Shown here piece by piece: positions 17,614-30,714 of a DNA stretch of 64,000 nucleotides. A model generated the notes under the pieces. The model was not told the DNA's origin. It made no database searches and was given only the letters and a program-made list of their open reading frames with translations. The stretch is taken from positions 5,665,950-5,729,949 of the forward strand of contig NC_134026.1 of assembly GCF_964204645.1 (NCBI RefSeq), given 5' to 3'. The DNA is from Tubulanus polymorphus. Lineage: Eukaryota; Animalia; Nemertea. The number at the start of each line of letters is the position of its first letter. Position 1 is the stretch's first letter. The translations under genes were made by a program, and so were the position numbers.

Positions 17614-20600
17614 ATGATGAATGTAAACCTTGGTCAGTATTTGAAACAATTCAAAGGAGATTTTGGAAAAAACCACGGACAGAGGCTGAATTGGAATGAA
17701 TATCCAGTTTAAAAAGGCGAAAAAATGATACCTTGTTTCTCATTTCTGCTGAGCTTAAAAGTTGACTCAGGAGCCAGCCGTTTATCAACCCCGGGGTAAA
17801 TTTTCAGTTTTGCAGATGTACGTAGAATAAATTGATCTACTAGCAACGTAACCTAACATTTTGCCCTGTTCCCATATTAAACCCTGAAATAAATTTGTTT
17901 CAATGATTTTCCTCTTTAAGATTTGGTAAGTCCGTACGGCTCCGGAAAGACTAGAAATGTGCGCAGTATTCATTCGAACTTATTCGTCACCGAAGCCGAT
18001 TTGGAGAAGACCGAACGATTTTACAGATATAACTACCTGCCGAATCGTGTACTCACGGAAGTTAAAGCCGTCTTACACGGAGTCGCGTCGATTGTGGAAT
18101 TACCGGAGAGTAAACCGAAACTGACGAGGATTTTCATTTGCTCTAATTCAATTGGTAAGTATTTCAGGGATCATGGATCTTGCATTACCTTTATTATACA
18201 CCGGGGTCCCTACGACTCATCGCTTCCTTAAAGACTCCTCCTAAATGGAAAATGCTTGTAAAGGTGCTTGGAACTCCTTTATTTTGAGCAAAATGCCTGA
18301 AACTTTTTCAGAACACCTTCAATTTTGAGAAGTAGACAGTTAGAAATTTTTGTATAGCGGTACAGTATAACTATGCCTAAATCAGTACAGTTGGGATCGA
18401 GTTAAATTAGAAACTGAGTTTAGGTAGTCTGATATCCAGGAATGACTGATCTGTAGGGACCCAGTATGGTGGTTGAGTAAAGAAAAGTTAATTGAACCCG
18501 ATATCATTATCGTCATACGCGAGAATGTTCTACCGTATATGACCGTCGCGCACCGAGTTCGTAATTGTTTAATTGTTGTCGAATCATCGAAATGATCCGT
18601 ACGCACAATGACCAGTAATTTGCAATATCCTATTTTGTTTACTAAATAATACCGCGTGCGAACGCAGAACGCCAGTTTCCGGGCATTTATTGTAAGTACA
18701 TTTATCACTCGAGGCCAATGTGACTGGACTCCTCGACGTGTCAGGGTTGATTAGTTTCATGAGTTGACGGCAGCTTAATTCTTCTACCAGGGAGCTACCT
18801 CCCTGACTCTACTTACTAGGTATCTAATAATGTGCAGCACACTTACTGTATCACTGAGATAAAGCTATTTCTAGATTGAATGTAGCTTTACTATTATACC
18901 CGATATAGCTAGATTTGTTTTTCAGAAATAGTGAAGCCCTGATTAACACCTCTAGCTCTTACATCTGAAATCAAAGAGTACCGGCATCTCTGGTACGGTT
19001 GTGACCAGATTAAAGATTAGTATGACTTTGAAATATCCAGGCTAGTGCCCTTGTAGTTATGCTTAATCAGGCCCGTAGCCAGCCATGTCCTTGGGGGGTT
19101 TGATATTCGTGAAAGTGGAGCTTTTTTCATGAAAGTTGAACATTTTGTAAGGTACCTATGCTGCAGCAAATGTAGGAACCCCCCAAAAATCAGGCCTGTT
19201 AATGAGCCTTAAGTTTTCTTGGATTGCCTTCTTAATTCCAAACATGGCATTCTACCATACCTTCGATATTCTTATAACATAAAAATGTACATGTATTCCG
19301 AATTGCAGACACTGTTCACGAACGCAATGCAATTATGTCAGATGTTTACCCACGATTGAGGAATGCTTGTAGGGAACAATATGGTTTGGAAATACAGGTA
19401 AGAATTTCAACTTCAAATCAGATTTCATTTAAAGATTTGGATATATCTTTGGAAATGAGAGCAATATAGGATTAATGAAGGTTTGTGTACGAGCATACAT
19501 TCTTCGAAAAGAAAATGACATAAACGTACTGCTAGGGATGGCAAAAACCCATCTAGAAAAGATTTGATTCATTCAATCTAAAGAAAACAAGAATAGCTTT
19601 GGAAAGGTCCGCAGTTGTGTTTTAATGTTGGGTACCGGTATTTGTCTCATGTTTTTCATTTGGACTGTTAAGACACAAGCAACCTTTATAAAGAATATCA
19701 TAACAAACTTCAAATGGTAACATTTATTCACCGGCTGAAAGGTTCAAGTAGCCTACAAAATCTGTATATACTATACTATACTATACCATAAGATAGTGAT
19801 TGACATGTGCAATATTTACTATTCAATTCTACAAATTCGTTTAATTTCATTGAATTGTTTGCAGTGATCTCATCCATGAAATGCAATTTCAAGATCTCCA
19901 GTACCGTTAATTGAAAGCTATTATTTCACGCAGTGGTTCAAATGTTTTGTAGTTAGTGGACATGCATTTCGGCCGGCCTATTCATGAAGAACACAAACCC
20001 AAATTGATGAAAGAGAACATTCGTCAACTTTTACATTGCAAAGAATCATCTAACGGATTAAATTTCATGGTGAGTATTAATTATGAACCAGTTATTAGAC
20101 ACCATTGTAACTAGCGAGACTTAAGGTCTGGGTTTCAAGCCAAAATTGTAAGCTCGCGTTCAAGCATATTGCCAAGTAAATCTATTATTCTAGCTAAAAT
20201 CAATTCTTGAATTAAAATTGCCCCAGTATGTTTTATAGAAGTTCTAGAACCCGATGTGATCGGATTAATTAGATTAATATTTACTTCAATAGAATTCTCT
20301 GCTCGTAGACCATGAAATCTCTCCGTAATAAGTAAACGTTAGTGATGATAACTGTACGAGTGAAAATGAAAATTTGATCTGCTTTTATCAACAGGCAATA
20401 GTAGGTCAGCGTTACGGCGAGAGGCCGGTTCCTGAAGAGGTATCGCGGCATCATTTCGAACCGATTTTACAAGAATTAGAAGAAACCGGGGCCGACACAG
20501 AACTGCTGCACGCGTGGTACAAGAAAGATCAGAACAAGATACCAAGCGTTTACGTGTTACAGAAGTCAGTATCCATGAAAGGTAAGCAAAAAGATCACAA

Positions 20601-23600
20601 CCCAGTTATGCAGGTGTTAGATTCGATTCTTCATGGTGGCCACCTTTATTTCACTCGCTTTTTTCCCTGACTTTTCCCTGACTTGTGCGTTGTTTTCCAT
20701 GACTTAATCTGCTAAGAATCCAATCAATTACCACAGTCAAATACGTAAGACATAGACGGAAACTGTTTGATTTTAAATATTTTGTACTCATGATATATCT
20801 TTGTAAAATTTTCAGTAAACAGTGAATTGAATGATTGGCCAAGTATTGAGAATGCCCTCCGAGAACTGTTCGTCAAAGGAGCTCGATTGTGCATGGAGAA
20901 GAATGAAATGACAAAAGAATTTGTTGCATGGATCATTGAATCTGGTAAGTTATGAATACAGCATTAAGTATGCTATTGGATTAAACTAGCGGCAGACGAC
21001 TCCGTGCATATTTTTGATTGAATTCGGTGTGCTCCCAATTATGAACGGGCAATGAATTTAATTGAAAATAAACTAATTTTGATCAAGTTCATCTGATATG
21101 TTAGTGGCGCCATCTGACCGGATAGCCGTTGTGCCGGTACCCCATTAAAAAAACTACAGCTTTGATTACTAGATTAAACCCTTCGATTTTCGTAAGCGTA
21201 AATTTACGTTTTCATTTCAGTTCTTCACGAGCATCTGAACGACGGTTTACTGAATGTAAAACACGAGAAAGATCGTAAATCGGGATGCTTCGTAGTGATG
21301 CGTTCGATCCACGATATCGATATGCACCTGGCCGACGAAGAAGCACGGGCTTACGTCGATTCGCGGTTAGAAGACGGAAATTACGAAATCGACATGGAAT
21401 CGTACAAGGATCAAAACGCGCTGCGCGGTGAAATCGAAGCCAGTTTACCTTCGACGAACCTTAAACGTTTGACTATCGCCTGGGACGATATCGAAAACGC
21501 CGCCGCCAGAGAATCGTACCTGACGGAGTTCGGTAATTCGGTTTACAGCTCGATCATGGAAATCGTTGAGCGGGGCGTGAAAAAATACGTCGCTGTTGAT
21601 AATCTATACGAAGATGTTTTGCACCATTGGAAATACGCGAAATACTACGCGACGAAATTTTACGGCCGATCGGACGAACTGGAGCGTATACGCGCGTATT
21701 TATCGGAAGTTTCCGATAAACCGCTCGTGATTTCGGGACCGAACGGCGTCGGAAAAACGGCGTTGATGTCGTACGCGGCGTCGAAAATCAATTCGATGGC
21801 CGCCGAATTGGAAATCGACACGAAATTCGCGACCGTTTTGCGTTTCGTCCGTATTTCCGACCGTACGACGAACATTCACCAGGTGTTGTTGAGTTTGAGT
21901 CATCAGATCGCTTACATCACCGACGGCTATCGTTCGCTGATTCCGACCGATTACCGATCGTTGAAGAAACACTTCATGGAAATTCTTCATAAAGGTGATT
22001 TCAGCGGCGTTCTCGTGCTGATGATCGACGGACTAGAGCTCATATCGCGTGAATACAACGGCTATTTGTTGGATTGGCTGCCGGCGCAGATCGCCGGTAA
22101 TGTGAAAGTTATCGTGTCGGCCGCTTCAGGCGATGAGGGCATCATTCATCGAATAATCAGTCGCGTCAGCGATCCGAATCAGTTCATCGAACTGAAATGT
22201 CCGAGTCCGGAGGAGTGCCTCGATCTGTTGAAGGTTCATTTGGAAGATCAAAACTCGCTCATACAGTATAAACAATGCGAAGGTTGTCTGAATCTGTTCA
22301 AAGAAACGCCGCTGCCGTTGTTCGTAACGTTGCTATCCCAGGTCGTCGAACCTCTTCGATCGTACGAACCGTTTCCCGACTGTATCCCGAGCGATATGAA
22401 AAGTTGCTGTCAATATTTATTCACGGCTTTAGAGCAAAAGCACGGTAAACTTTTAGTGTCGCATATATTGTCATTCATCACCGCTACACAGTATGGGATC
22501 TCGTATACCGAACTGGAAGACTTGCTTAGTCTAGACGACGCCGTATTGGGCCAGGTTTACAAAGAATTCGAACCGGTCGTTCGTCGTATTCCGGCTGCTT
22601 TGTATCTGCCAGTTCTGTCCGATATTCAGGCCTTACTCATGGAGACGACCGCCGACGGAATGACCGTGATAACCTGGACGAATAACATTTTCCGACTAGC
22701 CGCCGAGGAGCATTACATGAATACACCCAACCTTCGACATTATATTCAAATTCTGATTATTGAATATTTCGCCGGCAAATGGAGCGGAGACGTTAAAAAA
22801 CCTTTCACGTACGACGCGGAGTTGAGAGTCAAACTGGAGAAATTATCCCCGCAAGGTGAAGCTTGTCGTTACATTCCGTTTCAGCCCGACACGTTCACCG
22901 ATTGTGAAAATTCGACGTCGTATAACTTACGAAAATTGAATCAACTGCCGTATCATCTGTCGCAAAATGGCTACAAAGATTATCTGAAAACCGATCTGCT
23001 GTTGAACTTCGAGTGGATTTATAACAAACTGAGGGCGACGTCGGTGCACCACGTTCTGTCCGATTACACGTTCAGCAAAGAGCGAGAGATCATCATCATG
23101 TACGAGATGTTTCACATGGCCGAGAGTACGTTGATCAATCAACCGGAATTGCTCGCGTTCGAAATATCCAGTCGACTGCTGCCGCACTATCACTCGTTTT
23201 CGCATATCAAAAATCTGATCGACCAATGCGATTTGATGGCGATGAAATTTATGCCGATCGTTCCGAACTATCAAATATGCTCGACTCCCGGCGGACCGTT
23301 GCAGTATATTTTCGAATTAGATAAAATCGTTAAGTGTTCGGTCGACATGGACTTGTTATCGACGCCGGATAAGAATGTCGTATGCGCGAAGCCTTACTAT
23401 AGCTCTTGCATGCAGGTGTGGGATGTCGTACACGGTCTACCGTTGCCCGATGTGACACTTCCTGCGGCAAGCGACGTGTACCCAACTCCGGGGTATACGT
23501 ACTTCGTTTTCTTCAATAATTGGAAGTTTTTGCAAATATACAAGGCCGATACCGGACACGTGTGGGGCGAAGTCAACTACGGCTACGGTAAACCGAATCA

Positions 23601-25755
23601 TATAAGCATGTCGGAGAAGTATCTGGCTTTCACGATAGATAAAGTGCCTAGCCCTTACGTATTCGATCTTGATGAAAAGAAACTGATTCATAAACTGAAA
23701 TTCCAGTCGACAGCTGTGGCTATATCTCCCGATAGCAAATATCTGGCTTGCAATGCCGGGCAGGTTCTAGCCGTTTTCGAACTGCCGATCATGGAGCGAA
23801 AATGCGTCGTGTCGCTTACCGAAATACCGAAAGTATTGTGTTTCTCGCCGAGTGATTCTACAAAGATTTACTCGCAATTCGCCAGTTCTTTCGGTTCTAT
23901 ATCGCTGAATGTCGCTCAACGAAAAGGTGAAGTGTCGATGATTATGAGAGATATGGAAATCAAAGAATTCATCCTGTCGTTCACCGAGCAGTATTTGTTG
24001 GTCAGATGTTTGCGCTGTTTGTTTTTGTTCGAGCTGAAATCCGAGAAGTTGATCCATCGTATACAACAGATGCCGAAAGAGGTCGTCGTCGAAGCGATGT
24101 CACCGTTCACCGGCGCAGCGTTCACTCGCAACGACGAGTACATCGTCGGTTCGCGGTTCACGTACGTCGTCGTCTGGGACCGTAAAACGGGCGTTCCGAT
24201 CCGTCTGCTGCCGTCGTCCGTGTCACCGATCGTCAGCATGTACTCGACATACTGCAGCGAGAATAAAGTCGTCACGCTGTCGGAAGACAACACGATGCGA
24301 GTCTGGAATATGGACAATCTGCTGCAGAGCGTTGAATTTACGAATCAAGCTTTGACCGAACGGATCACGTCGATAACGTGGGCCGATAACACGCGCGTCG
24401 TCGCTTGTCTCGGAGATGTCGGCGGCACCGCGGCAATCGTCGACGCTACGACGGGAGCATGTATATCATCGGTGCTTCACCCGATGAAAGAAGCGTACAT
24501 GATGCACCCGATCGTTGTATCGCCTGATGGAAAGTTTATCGTAACGCGAGGAGAGGCGATCACCGAGAAGAAATACCTCAGCAACCTGAACGACGATGTA
24601 TTATGGGACATGTCATCGAAGGAAAAGTTGTTGGCGCTCGAAAACTGCAGACATCGGATTTTCAATGCAACGTCAACTTTGTTCGCGTCTTTCCAGGTTC
24701 GCTTGTTTACAGAGCGCGGCAACTGGGGAGAGTTGGCGTACAGTTGTGTTCTCTACAAGCTGCCGTTCTCTGGCGACGTAGAAAATATTGATTTGCCGAG
24801 AGGAGACATCATCTCGAAGCCTTTCTTCATGAATACGAATATCGTCTACTTGTCCTACCAGAAAGTCGATATCGATGAGTACAAAATCAGTTTATGCATC
24901 GTTGATATTGATGACAACCTCAAACGAGTGAAGGCATTTGAACTGAGCGACATATGGAATGAAGCGTTGTCCGGGGATAATATTCTGGCAGTGTATCCCG
25001 TGCCAAATGAGCAAACCGAAATTCTAATCGTGTATGCTAAAAACTATCGAAAGGTGAACTATTTTTCGGACGGGTCAGTGAATTATACAAAAGACCTGGT
25101 GAAAGGATGCCTAATTTATGATTTGCAAAGGAGTTCCGTTTTGAAACACTTCAAGTCATTTTTGAGGCCCAATTCTGACCTATCGGAGACACTTATTTCG
25201 AGGGATTGTAACATTGCCATGGATCAACAGTTTCAGGTATTCAACATTCAGAAAAGTTTGTTCATAAACAAATTAAGCTTGGACGTCGACGGTAAATTGT
25301 TTCGGTTTATCGTCGATGGAAAATATGTCGCATACATATCGTCGAATAGTAAACAGTTGAAACTGGTTCGCTCCGAAGACGGCGTCGAGAAAGGCTCGTG
25401 TCATCTTCACGGGCGTGGTCTAGCGATCGAGGTATATAAGGACGATCGTACGGTGGCTATCGGAATGGAAGACGGACGTCTGTTCGTTGTGACCGTGATT
25501 CTCGATTTGAGCGATCCCGTTCGCGAGGTCGTATCGCTTATTCCGAGTCGAATGAAGAAAGTTCGCACGAACGCGCTCGTCGCTGGCAGAAAGTCGTCAA
25601 TGTTATATTTTGAGCAGTTGCGTTTTTCTCAGAAAATCGCCGCGTGCAACGAAAGGAAAATGCTCAAATCGCAACCGAGTTTTAAGACATTGGCAACTGG
25701 GGTGATAATGTTACAAAAGACAAACAATACATCTAGAGCTTGCAGTATTCAATAG
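17614..25755 (+). CDS. NACHT and WD-repeat protein (NWD1/NWD2-like STAND NTPase with N-terminal DUF4062-like domain), about 1769 aa
   Basis: Exons 17614-17632 (tentative), 17921-18154, 19309-19397, 19953-20069, 20395-20581, 20816-20944, 21221-25755, all in phase; RIFICSNSIDTVHERNAIMSDVYPRLRNACREQYGLEIQLVDMHFG (NWD N-terminus), Walker A GPNGVGKT, Walker B VLMIDGLE, YNLRKLNQLPYHL, WD40-like beta repeats; ends CSIQ. Confidence 0.9.
17722..17792 (+). repeat. Dispersed repeat, second copy at about 59120-59197
   Basis: ACCT(T/C)GTTTCTCATTT(C/T)TGCTGAGCTT.AAGTTGAC shared by both loci. Confidence 0.55.
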
Positions 25756-27380
25756 TACGCAGGGTCTAATTGTCAAAAGCTTATTATATTACACAAAAAT
25801 TATTTACTCATTTGTGATGAAGTAGACTCCGCCAAAGTCAGATCAAACTCAGATATTTTTTAAAATATTTTTTGTGACACTGCATGAAATATATAACATC
25901 CAACTCGGATATCGATCAAGTTGGAGACACATTTTTACAGTCCCAAAAGGTTCGGCTTGAGCGGAGTCTACTGTAGTTATGATTTGACTGTGGAAGTGAA
26001 CATCTCTTCCTGTGAATATTGTCACGTTTCTTAGCTAGTCAACTGAAAACAGTATTGATAGTTTACTCTCGATCTGTTGACTATTTTTCAGGTATAATTT
26101 TCTGTGTTTGTGTAACTAAGTCTGGTACATATAGATTACTAGAGCTATGAATATGAACCTTGTATAATTGTGACAAAGACCATCGAATTCTTCGGGGTTA
26201 ATAAGTCTAATATTGTTTTTATCATTAGTCACGCCAAAGGGATTCTGAAAATAGCAGTTTAAGTTTAGTTTTACTGGAATAATCTACTATCATACTGTAT
26301 GACTCAATGTATGACATTATTTTTTCTCTATATCGTTATATAATGTATTCATTACTGTTTTTCTGTTATTCTAATAAATTCTGTGATAATTTATTGTACA
26401 TGCGTTGTCGTTATCTATCTATTCACCAAAATCTTTCTCGAGAAATTTCATCATTTTGGAGACCTGGTTGTTCAATGTGGAAGACAAACTGGTACATCTT
26501 GGACATGGATTACATATTCAGGGAAACACATGTACAACCTATTGCCAAACTGGAAAATATTAAAATTAGGGTTTGTAGCAGTCAGACTAACACATAAGTA
26601 GGCACATTTAAAACTTAAATTTCCCAAACAAATTGAGACTATCCTGACTGGCTACAAACCCTGAACATGTGGGTATAGCTGCCGTCCAAGACACTCCATC
26701 AGAATTCTTAGCTAGTTTGAATGATGACGAAGACTTGTATCGAACATTGTAGTCTATTTATTAGTTCATTTCCGACGAAGACAAGAGGCGAGGTCCTGAA
26801 GACGCATGAAGCCTAGACGAAAAGAAATTGGAAGGATAATGTATTGTGGATGTCTGAAGGATCATGCTGCAGACCGATACTTGTGGAAAGGCAAGGCTTT
26901 TTTGATGTAATCACATCTTCGGCCAAAACAGTGACGAATGTGGAAAATTGGGAAAGGTGAAAATCTACTGCGCTTTGTCAAAGCATCAGAAAAAAAGTTA
27001 ATGATAAACAAAACATTGATTTTCTATGAAATGGAAGTTGTTTATTTACATTATATACTATACACGACTATATTATCTCATTTAAACAATCTCATGATAT
27101 GAGCATTTTACCATTCATTGGAACCTCATTACTATGAATTTCAGTACATGTTTGTTAAAACTGAGTATGAAATTATTACAATGCCTGTGTAAAAAATGCA
27201 ACCAGCCCTAGTTACCATGTTAAATTCAAATATTTTGTTCATCAGTGGTCAGTACTTCAACGACAACTGTTAATAAATGCTGTTTAACGAACAATGTTTT
27301 CTTTGAAATCAGGCCCCATCAGGACATAATTGCCGATTGCATTATCACTCATGACTAGATTTTCGGACAACACTTTCGGA

Positions 27381-30300
27381 CTAGATATTTAGGTTGTCAG
27401 TCCAGTGTTCTGCATCCTCTTCAACCTACAATAAATATCAACATTACTGATTTTGATAGTTTTATGATTATTGAACAATGTAAGCAGTCATACTTGGAGC
27501 ATGCATAAGCACGATAGGCGCATTATTGATAAGAGGACTGGGGCCCTCTTCCAGAAACTTTTAAATCTAAAAAGCCCTAAAAATCTACTAAGCCCTTTCT
27601 ATAATTATTGTTGGTAATGAAACTAAATGACGAAGGAACAGCTTTTTTTTCATCTTATCTGTATGTCGAGAGTGCAAGCGATTTTGAAATTGGTTGTTTC
27701 AGAATTATTAGTAGCGGCGCTGGCTAGGCTAATATGTAAAATGGGTGTATTACAAAAGGGGATCAGAGTAAAATGACCTTCATAACAGTGGCGTGATTCG
27801 CCTCATGAACCCTGAATTAATATCAAATGAAATCTATTATCACGTACTTAAGTATATATAATTGACATTTTTATGAGAACTCACTAAGAACCAACTAGTG
27901 TTTCAATGCCGAGTGGTTTATGGTTAATAATTCTTTTAGGGCATTAAGAACGAAACGACAGACTACTGATCACATATAGAGGACCACGTAGAGGATTTTA
28001 AGAAATCAAGATCGTTAATCACATCTAGCTGAACTAATACTTTCATTGTGAACGACGAATGTGTAGTCACTCCATGAGTGTTTCTTTCATCGACCTAAGT
28101 TTTCAAAAGGATTTTAAGTTGGAAATGTTAAGTTTAATCCGCTCAGTGACTGACTCCAGGAATTCTTCATTCATACCACAGCAAATAATAAATGACACAT
28201 GTATATCAATACATGTATATCTTTAAAATCATATTCTGGGTAATCAACACGTCGGCATTAGTTTAATCAAGAAATTCAAATTTGTAGACGCAATATGAGT
28301 AAATCCCACGATTTGAATCAGACATAATGCTAGCGCTTGTCTACATGGATGACTTTTCAATTTCGATTCCTTCTGACAGAGTCGAGATTAAATCTAACCA
28401 GAATTTAGTGCTAGTCAAAAAACTCATTCATCTATGCTGTCAACCCCTGACATACCGCTTCCCAATAAGCCACCACCCAGTTCCACCGAAAGTTAACTTT
28501 GAGCTAGAATTAGTTCATTTGTAATGAGTTAAACTCCAAGTCGAATACTAACTCATGACTGTGGAACTGGATCCAGGTTTGCCCTGAGAACGGAACATCC
28601 ATATTTCATCAACTAGTTTGTCGAAATCGACTGTATTTTCATGATCAATATTTTGACGAACCTCTTGTAAATTCTGATAGCAGCCTTTCTTGTATCGAAT
28701 GAGATCGCCCCAGAGCATGGTTTTCCGACACGTTGGACATTCGCCATTCAGTGGAATGATATGTTGACTGTCACCGAGGAAATGCTTAGCTAAACAAGCG
28801 ATGTGTGCGTGCATCGAACAGTTGAAATGGATACATTTCAAGCCATCATCATGCTACAAAATAATTTGTAAAAGACAGGCCAGCATTTCTAGTGTTAAAC
28901 AGTTACATTTAATGGATTTCAACTTGTTCGTTCTCAGGCTTCTGATATGAGACCCTTATTTTCGACCTGTCTGTTTGTCTGTCTTTCAGCGACTTAGCTT
29001 CATTATTAGTGGGTAGATCTTGATGAATCTTGGGCACAATGTTAGTATGGGGGTCTAGTTGTTGCAGTGGCTCAGTGTGCCACCTAGCGGCCGAACTAGG
29101 CACTAAAAACACTTTCACAGCAACATGACCTCATTACTGAGGAACGGGGTCGAAAACCAAGTTGTCTTGACAAAATTTAGCTATTGACCCTAGATACAAC
29201 ATATCTTAAATGCAATGGGAACTAACGCAGGTGAATTTCGGAGTTCGAGTCCGAGCACTGTTGTCACCTGTGGCTTGTCGCACTTATTTATTGTTCTAGG
29301 ATTTTGGAAGTGTAACACCCACAATACCTACCTTAATTTTCCTTTTACATATTTTGCATCTCATAAGTACTCTCGCAGTTTCATCCTCATCCACTGGCTT
29401 GTCGACTTTTTTAGTTTTCACCAATCCATACGCCAAAGCCATATGATAAGGCGGCGCACAAAGCGGATTGAACTCGATCTTGTATTCGGGTTTTAGCCAT
29501 CGAAATGTCAGCGGTAATCTATTCCACGGAGCTGTACGCAACATGTTACAAGCTACGCGAAATCTGTATTCAAATCGGCTTTCTTTCTTCTTTTTTGAAA
29601 TTGTGGGCAAAATTTTCAGTCGTCGTGATTTTAGCGGATTTTGCCACGCCCATTCGAACTGTTAAAGACATGAGAACAGTTGATGATAAGAACTGATGAG
29701 AATGTTCGGCTTTTGACAAATTGTACAGTTGACTGTTTACACTGCCTTGGATAATTGCGTGTCCTGGACATTATTTACATTCTGATATCAGCCTTTCTCA
29801 TGAAGAATAACATAAAAGAGTGACAATAGAAATAAAAAATCTTATGCCAATTGACTTACTCTTAATGCCGAAACATCATTCGGGAAACCGTGTATGATCA
29901 AAACCATATCCCTAAAATATGATGTATGAACAGTGTAAAAATTGATTCAACAATTGTATAGCAGTTAGTTATTACAGAACCTGAAATGAAAATCTACTTC
30001 AGCCATGGGAACTTGTATAAGTTTACTGTGAGAAATGTTTTGAAAAGTGACGACGTAGGCCCACATGTCTTTGTTTAAACCCCTTTTTAAGAATAAGAAA
30101 GCAGCATTCAGATAATATACTTGAAAGCTTCCATTTCTCTGTTGTCACCTTGGAAGCAATTAATCTTGAGTGAACTCATTGTCCATCTCCCCCTTTTGGA
30201 ATACTTAACGTCTTTCTGTCATACTTTGGTAAAGACCGGCAGCAGTGACAATTTTCCAATTCAGAGGAATGAACAAAATTATGCTTGGAGCTAAATTTTA

Positions 30301-30601
30301 ACCTTTCATCATGGGAATGATGAAATTCTTCTGCGGTAACTCCATTATGCAATTTGTCAACAGTAAACATTTAGACCCAAGTTCCCACAACCTTATTAAT
30401 AAAGCATGCTTTTGATTACCATGGTCCTTTACTACTAGTTCTTTTCGCACCACCAGCTTTCACTCCTTTGTTGTGCTGTTGGATTCTTCTATTCGGATTG
30501 ACAGTGTAGCCGATATACGTGTGACCTTTATATTTCGGATTCGTGCAGTACAATAAGTAACAACCGTAAAAATCTTCAATCTCCGAATCATTAGACATCA
30601 T
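27381..30601 (-). CDS. SLX1: Structure-specific endonuclease subunit SLX1 (GIY-YIG + RING), about 265 aa
   Basis: Exons 30601-30420, 29911-29860, 29658-29332, 28853-28662, 27425-27381; [65 protein letters not shown]-terminal EEDAEHWTD typical of SLX1. Confidence 0.93.
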
Positions 30602-30677
30602 TAACCCTAGAACAACGAACTACCAACTAAAAAGCTAACTAGCTAGCTGCATGGTCATATGAACTGACATGAATAAA

Positions 30678-30714
30678 CGATCGTGAAACTAAACCACAGA
30701 CAGGTTACTGACTA
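30678..30714 (-). mobile_element. Partial third copy of the 9-bp-TSD element, just upstream of SLX1
   Basis: CGATCGTGAAACTAAACCACAGACAGGTTACTGACTA is the reverse complement of 8679-8715. Confidence 0.7.

Noticed and set aside
21660-24791. Antisense and alternate-frame ORFs inside the NWD exon
   Set aside because: Expected shadows of a GC-rich coding frame.
26400-26900. Possible RTE-like LINE 3' remnant
   Set aside because: Only vague motif resemblance across broken frames; not supportable.
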